NCBI GenBank assembly: GCA_964016885.1
Contig: OZ024743.1
Coordinates: forward strand, 134,788,001 to 134,852,000
DNA from: Eledone cirrhosa
Lineage: Eukaryota
Direction of reading: 5' to 3'
Length of the DNA stretch: 64,000 nt
Both the position numbers and the translations under genes were made by a program. Positions 13,951-30,200 of the stretch are shown here, piece by piece (position 1 is the stretch's first letter; every line of letters begins with the position of its first letter). The notes beneath the pieces are model-generated. The model saw only the letters and a list, made by a program, of their open reading frames with translations. It was not told the origin of the DNA and did no database searches.

Positions 13951-16900
13951 CAAGCATCAAACACCAAGCAGCCAGCAGCAAGCACCAAACACCAAGCACC
14001 AAGCACCAAAAACCAAACACCAAACACCAAGCACCAAACACCTAACACCAAGCACCAAACACCAAGCACCAAACACCAAGCACCAAGCACCAAGCACCAA
14101 GCACCAAACACCAAGCACCAAACACCAAGCACCAAACACCAAGCACCAAGCACCAAACACCAAGCACCAAGCACCAAGCATCAAACACCAAGCACCAAAC
14201 ACCAAGCACCAAGCACCAAGCATCAAACACCAAGCATATAACACCAAACACCAAACACCAAGCACCAAACACCAAACACCAAGCACCAAGCACCAAACAC
14301 CAAACACCAAGCACCAAGCACCAAACACCTAACACCAAGCACCAAACACCGAACACCAAGCACCAAGCACCAAACACCAAGCACCAAGCACCAAACACCA
14401 AGCACCAAGCACCAAACACAAAGAACCAAGCACCAAGCACCAAGTACAAACACCAAACACCAAGCACCAAACACCAAGCACCTAGCACCAAACACCAAAC
14501 ACCAAGCCCCAAACACCAAGCACCAATCATCAAGCACCAAACACCAAGCAACCAGCAGCAAGCACCAAACACCAAACACCAAGCACCAAGCACAAAAACC
14601 AGACACCAAGCACCAAGCACCAAACACCTAACACCAAGCACCAAGCACCAAGTTCCAAGCACCAAACACCAACAACCAAACACCAAACACCAAGCACCAA
14701 ACACCAAACACCAAGCACCAAGCACCAAACACCTAACACCAAGCACCAAGCACCAACCACCAAACACCAAGCACCAAGCACCAAGCATCAATCACCAAAC
14801 ACCAAGCACCAAACACCAAACACCAAGCACCAAGCACCAAACACCAAGCACCAAGCACCAAGCATCAAACACCAAGCACCAAACACCAAACACCAAACAC
14901 CAAGCACCAAGCATCAAACACCAAGCATATAACACCAAACACCAAACACCAAGCACCAAGCACCAAACACCAAACACCAAGCACCAAGCACCCAACACCA
15001 AACACCAAGCACCAAGCACCAAACACCAAGCACCAAGCACCAAGCAAAAAGCACCAAACACCAAGCACCAAACACCAAACACCAAGCACCAAACACCAAA
15101 CACCAAGCACCAAGCACCAAACACCTAACACCAAGCACCAAACACCAACCACCAAACACCAAGCACCAAGCACCAAGCACCAAGCACCAAACACCAAGCA
15201 CCCAGCACAAAACACCAAGCACCCAGCACCAAACACCAAGCACCAAACACCAACCACTCAGCACCAAGCACCAAACACCAAGCACCAAGCACCAAACACC
15301 AAACACCAAACACCAAGCACCAAGCACCAAGCATCAAACACCAAGCATATAACACCAAACACCAAACACCAAGCACCAAGCACCAAAAAGCAGACACCAA
15401 ACAGCAAACACCAAACACCAAACACCAAACACCAAACAGCAAACACCAAACACCAAGCACCAAGTACCAAACACCAAGAACCAAGAACCAAACACCAAGC
15501 ACCAAGCATCAAGTACAAACACCAAGCACCAAGCACCAAGCACCAAGCACCAAGCACCAAACACAAAACACCAAGCACCAAGCACCAAGCACCAAACACA
15601 AAGCACCCAGCACCAAACACCAAGGACCAAGCACCAAGCACCAAGCACCAAAAACCAAACACGAAACACAAAACACCAAGCACCAAGCACCAAACACCAA
15701 ACTCCAAGCACCAAGCACCAAGCACCAAACACCAAACACCAAGCACCAAGCACCAAGCACCAGGCACGAAACACCAAGCACCAAGCACCAAACACCAAGC
15801 ACCAAGCACCAAAGACCAAACACCAAACACCAAACAGCAAACAACATACAGCAAACACCAAACACCAAAAAGCAAACACCAAACACCAAACAGCAAACAC
15901 CAAACAACAAACACCAAACAACAAACACCAAACAGCAAACAGCAAACACCAAACACCAAGCACCAAGCACCAAACACCAAGCACCAGGCACCAAACACCA
16001 AGCCCCAAGCACCAAACACCAAGCACCTAGCACCAAACACTAAGCACCAAGCACCAAACACTAAGCACCAAGCACCAAACACCAAGCACCAAGCACCAAA
16101 CACCAAGCACCAAGCACCAAGCACCAAACACCAAACACCAAGCACCAAAGACCAAGCACCAAGCACCAAACACCAAGCACCAAGCACCAAGCACCAAACA
16201 CCAAGCACCTAGCACCAAACACCAAACACCAAGCACCAAACACCAAGCACCAATCACCAAGCACCAAACACCAAGCACCTAGCACCAAACACCAAACACC
16301 AAGCCCCAAACACCAAGCACCAATCATCAAGCACCAAACACCAAGCAACCAGCAGCAAGCACCAAACACCAAACACCAAGCACCAAGCACAAAAACCAGA
16401 CACCAAGCACCAAGCACCAAACACCTAACACCAAGCACCAAGCACCAAGTTCCAAGCACCAAACACCAACAACCAAACACCAAACACCAAGCACCAAACA
16501 CCAAACACCAAGCACCAAGCACCAAACACCTAACACCAAGCACCAAGCACCAAGCATCAAACACCAAGCATATATAACACCAAGCACCAAGCACCAAGCA
16601 CCAAAGACCAAACACCAAACAGCAAACACCAAACACCATACAGCAAACACTAAACACCAAAAAGCAGACACCAAACAGCAAACACCAAACACCAAACACC
16701 AAACACCAAACAGCAAACACCAAACACCAAGCACCAAACACCAAGGACCAAGCACCAAACACCTAACACCAAGCACCAAGCACCAAGCACCAAACACCAA
16801 GCACCAAATACCAAACATCAAGCACCAAGCATCAAGCAACAAGTATCCAAACACCAAGAACCAAGAACCAAACACCAAGCACCAAGCACCAAGTACAAAC

Positions 16901-19900
16901 ACCAAGCACCAAGCACCAAGCACCAAACACCAAGAACCAAGCACCAAACACAAAACACCAAGCACCAAGCACCAAGCATCAAACACCAAGCAGCAAACAC
17001 CAAACACCAAGCACCAAGCACCAAACACAAAGCACCCAGCACCAAACACCAAACACCAAACACCAGGCACCAAGCACCAAACACCAAACACCAAGCACCA
17101 AGCACCAAACACCAAACACCAAGCACCAAACACCAAGCACCAAAGACCAAACACCAAACAGCAAACACCAAACACCAAACAGCAAACACCAAACAGCAAA
17201 CACCAAACACCAAACAGCAAACACCAAACACCAAGCACCAAACACCAAGCACCAAGCACCAAATACCTAACACCAAGCACCAAGCACCAAGCACCAAGCA
17301 CCAAGCACCAAGCACCAAACACCAAGCACCAAACACCAAACATCAAGCACCAAACACCAAGCACCAAGCACCAAACACAAAACACCTAGCACCAAGCATC
17401 AAACACCAAGCAGCAAACACCAAACACCAAGCACCAATCACCAAACACCAAACACCAAGCACCAAACACCAAACACCAAGCACCAGACACCAAGCACCAA
17501 ACACTAAACACCAAACACCAAGCACCAAGCACCAAACACCAAACACCAAGCACCAAACACCAAGCACCAAAGACCAAACACCAAACAGCAAACACCAAAC
17601 ACGAAACAGCAAACACCATACAGCAAACACTAAACACCAAAAAGCAGACACCAGACAGCAAAACCAAACGCCAAACACCAAACTCCAAACAGCAAACACC
17701 AAACACCAAGCACCAAACACGAAGCACCAAGCACCAAATACCTAACACCAAGCACCAAGCACCAAGCACCAAGTACCAAACACCAAGAACCAAGAACCAA
17801 ACACCAAACACCAAGCACCAAGTACAAACACCAAGCACCAAGCACCAAGCACCAAACACCAAGCACCAAGCACCAAACACAAAACACCAAGCACCAAGCA
17901 TCAAACACCAAGCAGCAAACACCAAACACCAAGCACCAATCACCAAACACAAAGCACCCAGCACCAAACACCAAGGACCAAGCACCAAGCACCAAGCACC
18001 AAACACCAAACTCCAAACACCAAGCACCAAGCACCAAGCACCAGGCACCAAACACCAAGCACCAAGCACCAAACACCAAGCACCAAGCACCAAACACCAA
18101 ATGCCAAGCACCAAACACCAAGAACCAAGAACCAAACACCAAGCACTAAGCACCAAGTACAAACACCAAGCACCAAGCACCAAGCACCAAACACCAAGCA
18201 TCAAGCACCAAGCAGCAAACACCAAACACCAAGCACCAAGCACCAAACACAAAGCACCCAGCACCTAACACCAAGGACCAAGCACCAAGCACCAAGCACC
18301 AAAAACCAAACACGAAACACAAAACACCAAGCACCAAGCACCAAACACCAAGCACCAAGCACCAAGCACCAAACACCAAACACCAAGCACCAAACACCAA
18401 TCACCAAAGACCAAACACCAAACAGCAAACACCAAACACCAAACAGCAAACACCAAACAGCAAACACCAAACACCAAACAGCAAACACCAAACACCAAGC
18501 ACCAAACACCAAGCACCAAGCACCAAATACCTAACACCAAGCACCAAGCACCAAGCACCAACCACCAAGCACCAAACACCAAGCACCAAACACCAAACAT
18601 CAAGCACCAAGCACCAAGCACCAAGTACCAAACACCAAGAACCAAGAACCAAACACCAAGCACCAAGCACCAAGTAGAAACACCAAGCACCAAGCACCAA
18701 GCAGCAAACACCAAACACCAAGCACCAATCACCAAACACAAAGCACCCTGCACCAAACACCAAGGACCAAGCACCAAGCACCAAGCACCAAACACCAAAC
18801 TCCAAGCACCAAGCACCAAACACCAAACACCAAGCACCAAGCACCAAGCACCAGGCACCAAACACCAAGCACCAAGCACCAAACACCAAGCACCAAACAC
18901 CAAACGCAAAACACCAAACACCAAGAACCAAGAACCAAACACCAAGCACCAAGCACCAAGTACAAACACCAAGCACCAAGCACCAAGCACCAAACACCAA
19001 GCACCAAGCACCAAACACAAAACACCAAGCACCAAGCACCAAGCATCAAACACCAAGCAGCAAACACCAAACACCAAGCACCAAGCACCAAGCACCAAAC
19101 ACAAAGCACCCAGCACCAAACACCAAGGACCAAGCACCAAGCACCAAGCACCAAAAACCAAACACCAAGCATCAAACACCAAGCACCAGGCACCAAACAC
19201 CAAGCACCAAGCACCAAACACCAAGCACCAAACACCAAACACCAAACACCAAACACCAAACACCAAACACCAAACAGCAAACAACATAGAGCAAACACCA
19301 AACACCAAATAGCAAACACCAAACACCAAACAGCAAACACCAAACAACAAACACCAAACAACAAACACCAAACAGCAAACAGCAAACACCAAGCACCAAG
19401 CACCAAACACCAAACACCAAACACCAAGCACCAAGCACCAAACACCAAGCACCAAACACCAAGCACCTAGCACCAAACACTAAGCACCAAGCACCAAACA
19501 CCAAGCACCAAGCACCAAACACCAAGCACCAAGCACCAAGCACCAAACACCAAGCACCCAGGACCAAAAACCAAGCACCCAGCACCAAACACCAAGCACC
19601 AAACACCAACCACTCAGCACCAAGCACCAAACACCAAGCACCAAGCACCAAACACCAAACACCAAACACCAAGCACCAAGCACCAAGCACCAAACACCAA
19701 ACACCAAGCACCAAGCACCAAACACCAAGCACCAAAGACCAAACACCAAACACCAAGCACCAAGCACCAAACACCAAGCACCAAACACCAAGCACCTAGC
19801 ACCAAACACTAAGCACCAAGCACCAAACACCAAGCACCAAGCACCAAGCACCAAACACCAAGCACCCAGGACCAAAAACCAAGCACCCAGCACCAAACAC

Positions 19901-22579
19901 CAAGCACCAAACACCAACCACTCAGCACCAAGCACCAAACACCAAGGACCAAGCACCAAGTACCAAGCACCAAAAACCAAACACGAAACACAAAACACCA
20001 AGCACCAAGCACCAAACACCAAGCACCAAGCACCAAGCACCAAACACCAAACACCAAGCACCAAGGACCAAGCACCAGGCACCAAACACCAAACACCAAA
20101 CAGCAAACAACATACAGCAAACACCAAACACCAAAAAGCAAACACCAAACACCAAACAGCAAACACCAAACAACAAACACCAAACAACAAACACCAAACA
20201 GCAAACAGCAAACACCAAGCACCAATCACCAAACACCAAGCACCAAGCACCAAACACCAAGCACCAAGCACCAAGCACCAAACACCAAGCACCAAACACC
20301 AAGCACCAAGCACCAAACACCAAGCACCCAGCACAAAACACCAAGCACCCAGCACCAAACACCAAGCACCAAACACCAACCACTCAGCACCAAGCACCAA
20401 ACACCAAGCACCAAGCACCAAACACCAAACACCAAACACCAAGCACCAAGCACCAAAAAGCAGACACCAAACAGCAAACACCAAACACCAAACACCAAAC
20501 ACCAAACAGCAAACACCAAACACCAAGCACCAAGTACCAAACACCAAGAACCAAGAACCAAACACCAAGCACCAAGCATCAAGTACAAACACCAAGCACC
20601 AAGCACCAAGCACCAAGCACCAAGCACCAAACACAAAACACCAAGCACCAAGCACCAAGCACCAAACACAAAGCACCCAGCACCAAACACCAAGGACCAA
20701 GCACCAAGCACCAAGCACCAAAAACCAAACACGAAACACAAAACACCAAGCACCAAGCACCAAACACCAAACTCCAAGCACCAAGCACCAAGCACCAAAC
20801 ACCAAACACCAAGCACCAAGCACCAAGCACCAGGCACGAAACACCAAGCACCAAGCACCAAACACCAAGCACCAAGCACCAAAGACCAAACACCAAACAC
20901 CAAACAGCAAACAACATACAGCAAACACCAAACACCAAAAAGCAAACACCAAACACCAAACAGCAAACACCAAACAACAAACACCAAACAACAAACACCA
21001 AACAGCAAACAGCAAACAGCAAACACCAAGCACCAAGCACCAAACACCAAGCACCAGGCACCAAACACCAAGCCCCAAGCACCAAACACCAAGCACCTAG
21101 CACCAAACACTAAGCACCAAGCACCAAACACTAAGCACCAAGCACCAAACACCAAGCACCAAGCACCAAACACCAAGCACCAAGCACCAAGCACCAAACA
21201 CCAAACACCAAGCACCAAAGACCAAGCACCAAGCACCAAACACCAAGCACCAAGCACCAAGCACCAAACACCAAGCACCTAGCACCAAACACCAAACACC
21301 AAGCACCAAACACCAAGCACCAATCACCAAGCATCAAACACCAAGCAGCCAGCAGCAAGCACCAAACACCAAGCACCAAGCACCAAAAACCAAACACCAA
21401 ACACCAAGCACCAAACACCTAACACCAAGCACCAAACACCAAGCACCAAACACCAAGCACCAAGCACCAAGGACCAAGCACCAAACACCAAGCACCAAAC
21501 ACCAAGCACCAAACACCAAGCACCAAGCACCAAACACCAAGCACCAAGCACCAAGCATCAAACACCAAGCACCAAACACCAAGCACCAAGCACCAAGCAT
21601 CAAACACCAAGCATATAACACCAAACACCAAACACCAAGCACCAAACACCAAACACCAAGCACCAAGCACCAAACACCAAACACCAAGCACCAAGCACCA
21701 AACACCTAACACCAAGCACCAAACACCGAACACCAAGCACCAAGCACCAAACACCAAGCACCAAGCACCAAACACCAAGCACCAAGCACCAAACACAAAG
21801 AACCAAGCACCAAGCACCAAGTACAAACACCAAACACCAAGCACCAAACACCAAGCACCTAGCACCAAACACCAAACACCAAGCCCCAAACACCAAGCAC
21901 CAATCATCAAGCACCAAACACCAAGCAACCAGCAGCAAGCACCAAACACCAAACACCAAGCACCAAGCACAAAAACCAGACACCAAGCACCAAGCACCAA
22001 ACACCTAACACCAAGCACCAAGCACCAAGTTCCAAGCACCAAACACCAACAACCAAACACCAAACACCAAGCACCAAACACCAAACACCAAGCACCAAGC
22101 ACCAAACACCTAACACCAAGCACCAAGCACCAACCACCAAACACCAAGCACCAAGCACCAAGCATCAATCACCAAACACCAAGCACCAAACACCAAACAC
22201 CAAGCACCAAGCACCAAACACCAAGCACCAAGCACCAAGCATCAAACACCAAGCACCAAACACCAAACACCAAACACCAAGCACCAAGCATCAAACACCA
22301 AGCATATAACACCAAACACCAAACACCAAGCACCAAGCACCAAACACCAAACACCAAGCACCAAGCACCCAACACCAAACACCAAGCACAAAGCACCAAA
22401 CACCAAGCACCAAGCACCAAGCAAAAAGCACCAAACACCAAGCACCAAACACCAAACACCAAGCACCAAACACCAAACACCAAGCACCAAGCACCAAACA
22501 CCTAACACCAAGCACCAAACACCAACCACCAAACACCAAGCACCAAGCACCAAGCACCAAGCACCAAACACCAAGCACC
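7796..22579 (+). repeat. Tandem duplication, period 7377 bp, two near-identical copies
   Basis: Constant 7377 offset of landmarks (7821/15198, 9467/16844, 10725/18102) and ORFs (7881/15258, 12103/19480, 14792/22169). About 7 substitutions noticed by eye (e.g. 9031, 18401, 21472). Confidence 0.95.
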
Positions 22580-24234
22580 AAACACCAAGCACCAAACACC
22601 TAACACCAAGCACCAAGCACCAAGTACCAAGAACCAAACAACCAAACACCAAGCACCAAGCACCAAACACCAAGCACTAAACACCAAACACCAAGCACCA
22701 AGCACCAAACACCTAACACCAAGCACCAAACACCAACCACCAAACACCAAGCACCAAGCACCAAGCACCAAGCACCAAACACCAAGCACCAAGCACCAAA
22801 CACCAAGCACCAAACACCAAGCACGAAGCACCAAGCACCAAGTACAAACACCAAGCACCAAGCACCAAACACCAAGCACCAAGCATCAAACACCAAACAC
22901 CAAACACCAAGCACCAAACACCAAGCATCAAACACCAAGCATATATAACACCAAGCACCAAGCACCAAGCACCAAAGACCAAACACCAAACAGCAAACAC
23001 CAAACACCATACAGCAAACACTAAACACCAAAAAGCAGACACCAAACAGCAAACACCAAACACCAAACACCAAACACCAAACAGCAAACACCAAACACCA
23101 AGCACCAAACACCAAGGACCAAGCACCAAACACCTAACACCAAGCACCAAGCACCAAGCACCAAACACCAAATACCAAACACCAAACATCAAGCACCAAG
23201 CATCAAGCAACAAGTATCCAAACACCAAGAACCAAGAACCAAACACCAAGCACCAAGCACCAAGTACAAACACCAAGCACCAAGCACCAAGCACCAAACA
23301 CCAAGAACCAAGCAGCAAACACAAAACACCAAGCACCAAGCACCAAGCATCAAACACCAAGCAGCAAACACCAAACACCAAGCACCAAGCACCAAACACA
23401 AAGCACCCAGCACCAAACACCAAACACCAAACACCAGGCACCAAGCACCAAACACCAAACACCAAGCACCAAGCACCAAACACCAAACACCAAGCACCAA
23501 ACACCAAGCACCAAAGACCAAACACCAAACAGCAAACACCAAACACCAAACAGCAAACACCAAACAGCAAACACCAAACACCAAACAGCAAACACCAAAC
23601 ACCAAGCACCAAACACCAAGCACCAAGCACCAAATACCTAACACCAAGCACCAAGCACCAAGCACCAAGCACCAAGCACCAAGCACCAAGCACCAAACAC
23701 CAAGCACCAAACACCAAACATCAAGCACCAAACACCAAGCACCAAGCACCAAACACAAAACACCTAGCACCAAGCATCAAACACCAAGCAGCAAACACCA
23801 AACACCAAGCACCAATCACCAAACACCAAACACCAAGCACCAAACACCAAACACCAAGCACCAGACACCAAGCACCAAACACTAAACACCAAACACCAAG
23901 CACCAAGCACCAAACACCAAACACCAAGCAGCAAGCACCAAACACCAAACACCAAGCACCAAACACCAAGCACCAAAGACCAAACACCAAACAGCAAACA
24001 CCAAACACGAAACAGCAAACACCATACAGCAAACACTAAACACCAAAAAGCAGACACCAGACAGCAAAACCAAACGCCAAACACCAAACTCCAAACAGCA
24101 AACACCAAACACCAAGCACCAAACACGAAGCACCAAGCACCAAATAACTAACACCAAGCACCAAGCACCAAGCACCAAGTACCAAACACCAAGAACCAAG
24201 AACCAAACACCAAACACCAAGCACCAAGTACAAA

Positions 24235-27200
24235 CACCAAGCACCAAGCACCAAGCACCAAACACCAAGCACCAAGCACCAAACACAAAACACCAAGCAC
24301 CAAGCATCAAACACCAAGCAGCAAACACCAAACACCAAGCACCAATCACCAAACACAAAGCACCCAGCACCAAACACCAAGGACCAAGCACCAAGCACCA
24401 AGCACCAAACACCAAACTCCAAACACCAAGCACCAAGCACCAAGCACCAGGCACCAAACACCAAGCACCAAGCACCAAACACCAAGCACCAAGCACCAAA
24501 CACCAAATGCCAAGCACCAAACACCAAGAACCAAGAACCAAACACCAAGCACTAAGCACCAAGTACAAACACCAAGCACCAAGCACCAAGCACCAAACAC
24601 CAAGCATCAAGCACCAAGCAGCAAACACCAAACACCAAGCACCAAGCACCAAACACAAAGCACCCAGCACCTAACACCAAGGACCAAGCACCAAGCACCA
24701 AGCACCAAAAACCAAACACGAAACACAAAACACCAAGCACCAAGCACCAAACACCAAGCACCAAGCACCAAGCACCAAACACCAAACACCAAGCACCAAA
24801 CACCAAGCACCAAAGACCAAACACCAAACAGCAAACACCAAACACCAAACAGCAAACACCAAACAGCAAACACCAAACACCAAACAGCAAACACCAAACA
24901 CCAAGCACCAAACACCAAGCACCAAGCACCAAATACCTAACACCAAGCACCAAGCACCAAGCACCAACCACCAAGCACCAAACACCAAGCACCAAACACC
25001 AAACATCAAGCACCAAGCACCAAGCACCAAGTACCAAACACCAAGAACCAAGAACCAAACACCAAGCACCAAGCACCAAGTAGAAACACCAAGCACCAAG
25101 CACCAAGCAGCAAACACCAAACACCAAGCACCAATCACCAAACACAAAGCACCCTGCACCAAACACCAAGGACCAAGCACCAAGCACCAAGCACCAAACA
25201 CCAAACTCCAAGCACCAAGCACCAAACACCAAACACCAAGCACCAAGCACCAAGCACCAGGCACCAAACACCAAGCACCAAGCACCAAACACCAAGCACC
25301 AAACACCAAACGCAAAACACCAAACACCAAGAACCAAGAACCAAACACCAAGCACCAAGCACCAAGTACAAACACCAAGCACCAAGCACCGAGCACCAAA
25401 CACCAAGCACCAAGCACCAAACACAAAACACCAAGCACCAAGCACCAAGCATCAAACACCAAGCAGCAAACACCAAACACCAAGCACCAAGCACCAAGCA
25501 CCAAACACAAAGCACCCAGCACCAAACACCAAGGACCAAGCACCAAGCACCAAGCACCAAAAACCAAACACCAAGCATCAAGCACCAAGCACCAGGCACC
25601 AAACACCAAGCACCAAGCACCAAACACCAAGCACCAAACACCAAACACCAAACACCAAACACCAAACACCAAACACCAAACAGCAAACAACATAGAGCAA
25701 ACACCAAACACCAAATAGCAAACACCAAACACCAAACAGCAAACACCAAACAACAAACACCAAACAACAAACACCAAACAGCAAACAGCAAACACCAAGC
25801 ACCAAGCACCAAACACCAAACACCAAACACCAAGCACCAAGCACCAAACACCAAGCACCAAACACCAAGCACCTAGCACCAAACACTAAGCACCAAGCAC
25901 CAAACACCAAGCACCAAGCACCAAACACCAAGCACCAAGCACCAAGCACCAAACACCAAGCACCCAGGACCAAAAACCAAGCACCCAGCACCAAACACCA
26001 AGCACCAAACACCAACCACTCAGCACCAAGCACCAAACACCAAGCACCAAGCACCAAACACCAAACACCAAACACCAAGCACCAAGCACCAAGCACCAAA
26101 CACCAAACACCAAGCACCAAGCACCAAACACCAAGCACCAAACACCAAACACCAAACACCAAGCACCAAGCACCAAACACCAAGCACCAAACACCAAGCA
26201 CCTAGCACCAAACACTAAGCACCAAGCACCAAACACCAAGCACCAAGCACCAAGCACCAAACACCAAGCACCCAGGACCAAAAACCAAGCACCCAGCACC
26301 AAACACCAAGCACCAAACACCAACCACTCAGCACCAAGCACCAAACACCAAGCACCAAGCACCAAACACCAAACACCAAACACCAAGCACCAAGCACCAA
26401 GCAACAAACACCAAACACCAAACACCAAGCACCAAACACCAAACACCAAGCACCAGACACCAAGCACCAAACACCAAATACCAAACACCAAGCACCAAGC
26501 ACCAAACACCAAACACCAAACACCAAGCACCAAACACCAAACACCAAGCACCAAACACCAAGCACCAGACACCAAGCACCAAACACCAAACACCAAACAC
26601 CAAGCACCAAACACCAAGCAGCAAGCACCGAATACCAAACACCAAGCACCGAGCACCAAACACCAAGCACCAAAGACCAAACACCAAACAGCAAACACCA
26701 AACACCATACAGCAAACACTAAACACCAAAAAGCAGACACCAAACAGCAAACACCAAACACCAAACACCAAACACCAAACAGCAAACACCAAACACCAAG
26801 CACCAACTACCAAACACCAAGAACCAAGAACCAAACACCAAGCACCAAGCACCAAGTACAAACACCAAGCACCAAGAACCAAGCACCAAACACCAAGCAC
26901 CAAGCACCAAACAGAAAACACCAAGCACCAAGCATCAAACACCAAGCAGCAAACACCAAACACCAAGCACCAATCACGAAACACCAAACACCAAGCACCA
27001 AACACCAAACACCAAGCACCAGACACCAAGCACCAAACACTAAACACCAAACACCAAGCACCAAGCACCAAACACCAAACACCAAGCAGCAAGAACCAAA
27101 CACCAAACACCAAGCACCAAACACCAAGCACCAAAGACCAAACACCAAACAGCAAACACCAAACACGAAACAGCAAACACCATACAGCAAACACTAAACA

Positions 27201-30200
27201 CCAAAAAGCAGACACCAGACAGCAAAACCAAACACCAAACACCAAACTCCAAACAGCAAACACCAAACACCAAGCACCAAACACGAAGCACCAAGCACCA
27301 AATACCTAACACCAAGCACCAAGCACCAAGCACCAAGTACCAAACACCAAGAACCAAGAACCAAACACCAAACACCAAGCACCAAGTACAAACACCAAGC
27401 ACCAAGCACCAAGCACCAAACACCAAGCACCAAGCACCAAACACAAAACACCAAGCACCAAGCATCAAACACCAAGCAGCAAACACCAAACACCAAGCAC
27501 CAATCACCAAACACAAAGCACCCAGCACCAAACACCAAGGACCAAGCACCAAGCACCAAGCACCAAACACCAAACTCCAAACACCAAGCACCAAGCACCA
27601 AGCACCAGGCACCAAACACCAAGCACCAAGCACCAAACACCAAGCACCAAGCACCAAACACCAAATGCCAAACACCAAACACCAAGAACCAAGAACCAAA
27701 CACCAAGCACCAAGCACCAAGTACAAACACCAAGCACCAAGCACCAAGCACCAAACACCAAGCATCAAGCACCAAGCAGCAAACACCAAACACCAAGCAC
27801 CAAGCACCAAACACAAAGCACCCAGCACCTAACACCAAGGACCAAGCACCAAGCACCAAGCACCAAAAACCAAACACGAAACACAAAACACCAAGCACCA
27901 AGCACCAAACACCAAGCACCAAGCACCAAGCACCAAACACCAAACACCAAGCACCAAGGACCAAGCACCAGGCACCAAATACCAAACACCAAACACCAAA
28001 CAACAAACACCAAACAGCAAACAGCAAACACCAAGCACCAATCACCAAACACCAAGCACCAAGCACCAAACACCAAGCACCAAGCACCAAGCACCAAACA
28101 CCAAGCACCAAAGACCAAGCACCAAGCACCAAGCACCAAGCACCAAACACCAAGCACCAAGCACCAAACACAAAACACCAAGCACCAAGCATCAAACACC
28201 AAGCAGCAAACACCAAACACCAAGCACCAATCACCAAACACAAAGCACCCAGCACCAAACACCAAGGACCAAGCACCAAGCACCAAGCACCAAACACCAA
28301 ACTCCAAACACCAAGCACCAAGCACCAAGCACCAGGCACCAAACACCAAGCACCAAGCACCAAACACCAAGCACCAAGCACCAAACACCAAATGCCAAGC
28401 ACCAAACACCAAGAACCAAGAACCAAACACCAAGCACTAAGCACCAAGTACAAACACCAAGCACCAAGCACCAAGCACCAAACACCAAGCATCAAGCACC
28501 AAGCAGCAAACACCAAACACCAAGCACCAAGCACCAAACACAAAGCACCCAGCACCTAACACCAAGGACCAAGCACCAAGCACCAAGCACCAAAAACCAA
28601 ACACGAAACACAAAACACCAAGCACCAAGCACCAAACACCAAGCACCAAGCACCAAGCACCAAACACCAAACACCAAGCACCAAACACCAAGCACCAAAG
28701 ACCAAACACCAAACAGCAAACACCAAACACCAAACAGCAAACACCAAACAGCAAACACCAAACACCAAACAGCAAACACCAAACACCAAGCACCAAACAC
28801 CAAGCACCAAGCACCAAATACCTAACACCAAGCACCAAGCACCAAGCACCAACCACCAAGCACCAAACACCAAGCACCAAACACCAAACATCAAGCACCA
28901 AGCACCAAGCACCAAGTACCAAACACCAAGAACCAAGAACCAAACACCAAGCACCAAGCACCAAGTAGAAACACCAAGCACCAAGCACCAAGCAGCAAAC
29001 ACCAAACACCAAGCACCAATCACCAAACACAAAGCACCCTGCACCAAACACCAAGGACCAAGCACCAAGCACCAAGCACCAAACACCAAACTCCAAGCAC
29101 CAAGCACCAAACACCAAACACCAAGCACCAAGCACCAAGCACCAGGCACCAAACACCAAGCACCAAGCACCAAACACCAAGCACCAAACACCAAACGCAA
29201 AACACCAAACACCAAGAACCAAGAACCAAACACCAAGCACCAAGCACCAAGTACAAACACCAAGCACCAAGCACCGAGCACCAAACACCAAGCACCAAGC
29301 ACCAAACACAAAACACCAAGCACCAAGCACCAAGCATCAAACACCAAGCAGCAAACACCAAACACCAAGCACCAAGCACCAAGCACCAAACACAAAGCAC
29401 CCAGCACCAAACACCAAGGACCAAGCACCAAGCACCAAGCACCAAAAACCAAACACCAAGCATCAAGCACCAAGCACCAGGCACCAAACACCAAGCACCA
29501 AGCACCAAACACCAAGCACCAAACACCAAACACCAAACACCAAACACCAAACACCAAACACCAAACAGCAAACAACATAGAGCAAACACCAAACACCAAA
29601 TAGCAAACACCAAACACCAAACAGCAAACACCAAACAACAAACACCAAACAACAAACACCAAACAGCAAACAGCAAACACCAAGCACCAAGCACCAAACA
29701 CCAAACACCAAACACCAAGCACCAAGCACCAAACACCAAGCACCAAACACCAAGCACCTAGCACCAAACACTAAGCACCAAGCACCAAACACCAAGCACC
29801 AAGCACCAAACACCAAGCACCAAGCACCAAGCACCAAACACCAAGCACCCAGGACCAAAAACCAAGCACCCAGCACCAAACACCAAGCACCAAACACCAA
29901 CCACTCAGCACCAAGCACCAAACACCAAGCACCAAGCACCAAACACCAAACACCAAACACCAAGCACCAAGCACCAAGCACCAAACACCAAACACCAAGC
30001 ACCAAGCACCAAACACCAAGCACCAAACAACAAACACCAAACACCAAGCACCAAGCACCAAACACCAAGCACCAAACACCAAGCACCTAGCACCAAACAC
30101 TAAGCACCAAGCACCAAACACCAAGCACCAAGCACCAAGCACCAAACACCAAGCACCCAGGACCAAAAACCAAGCACCCAGCACCAAACACCAAGCACCA

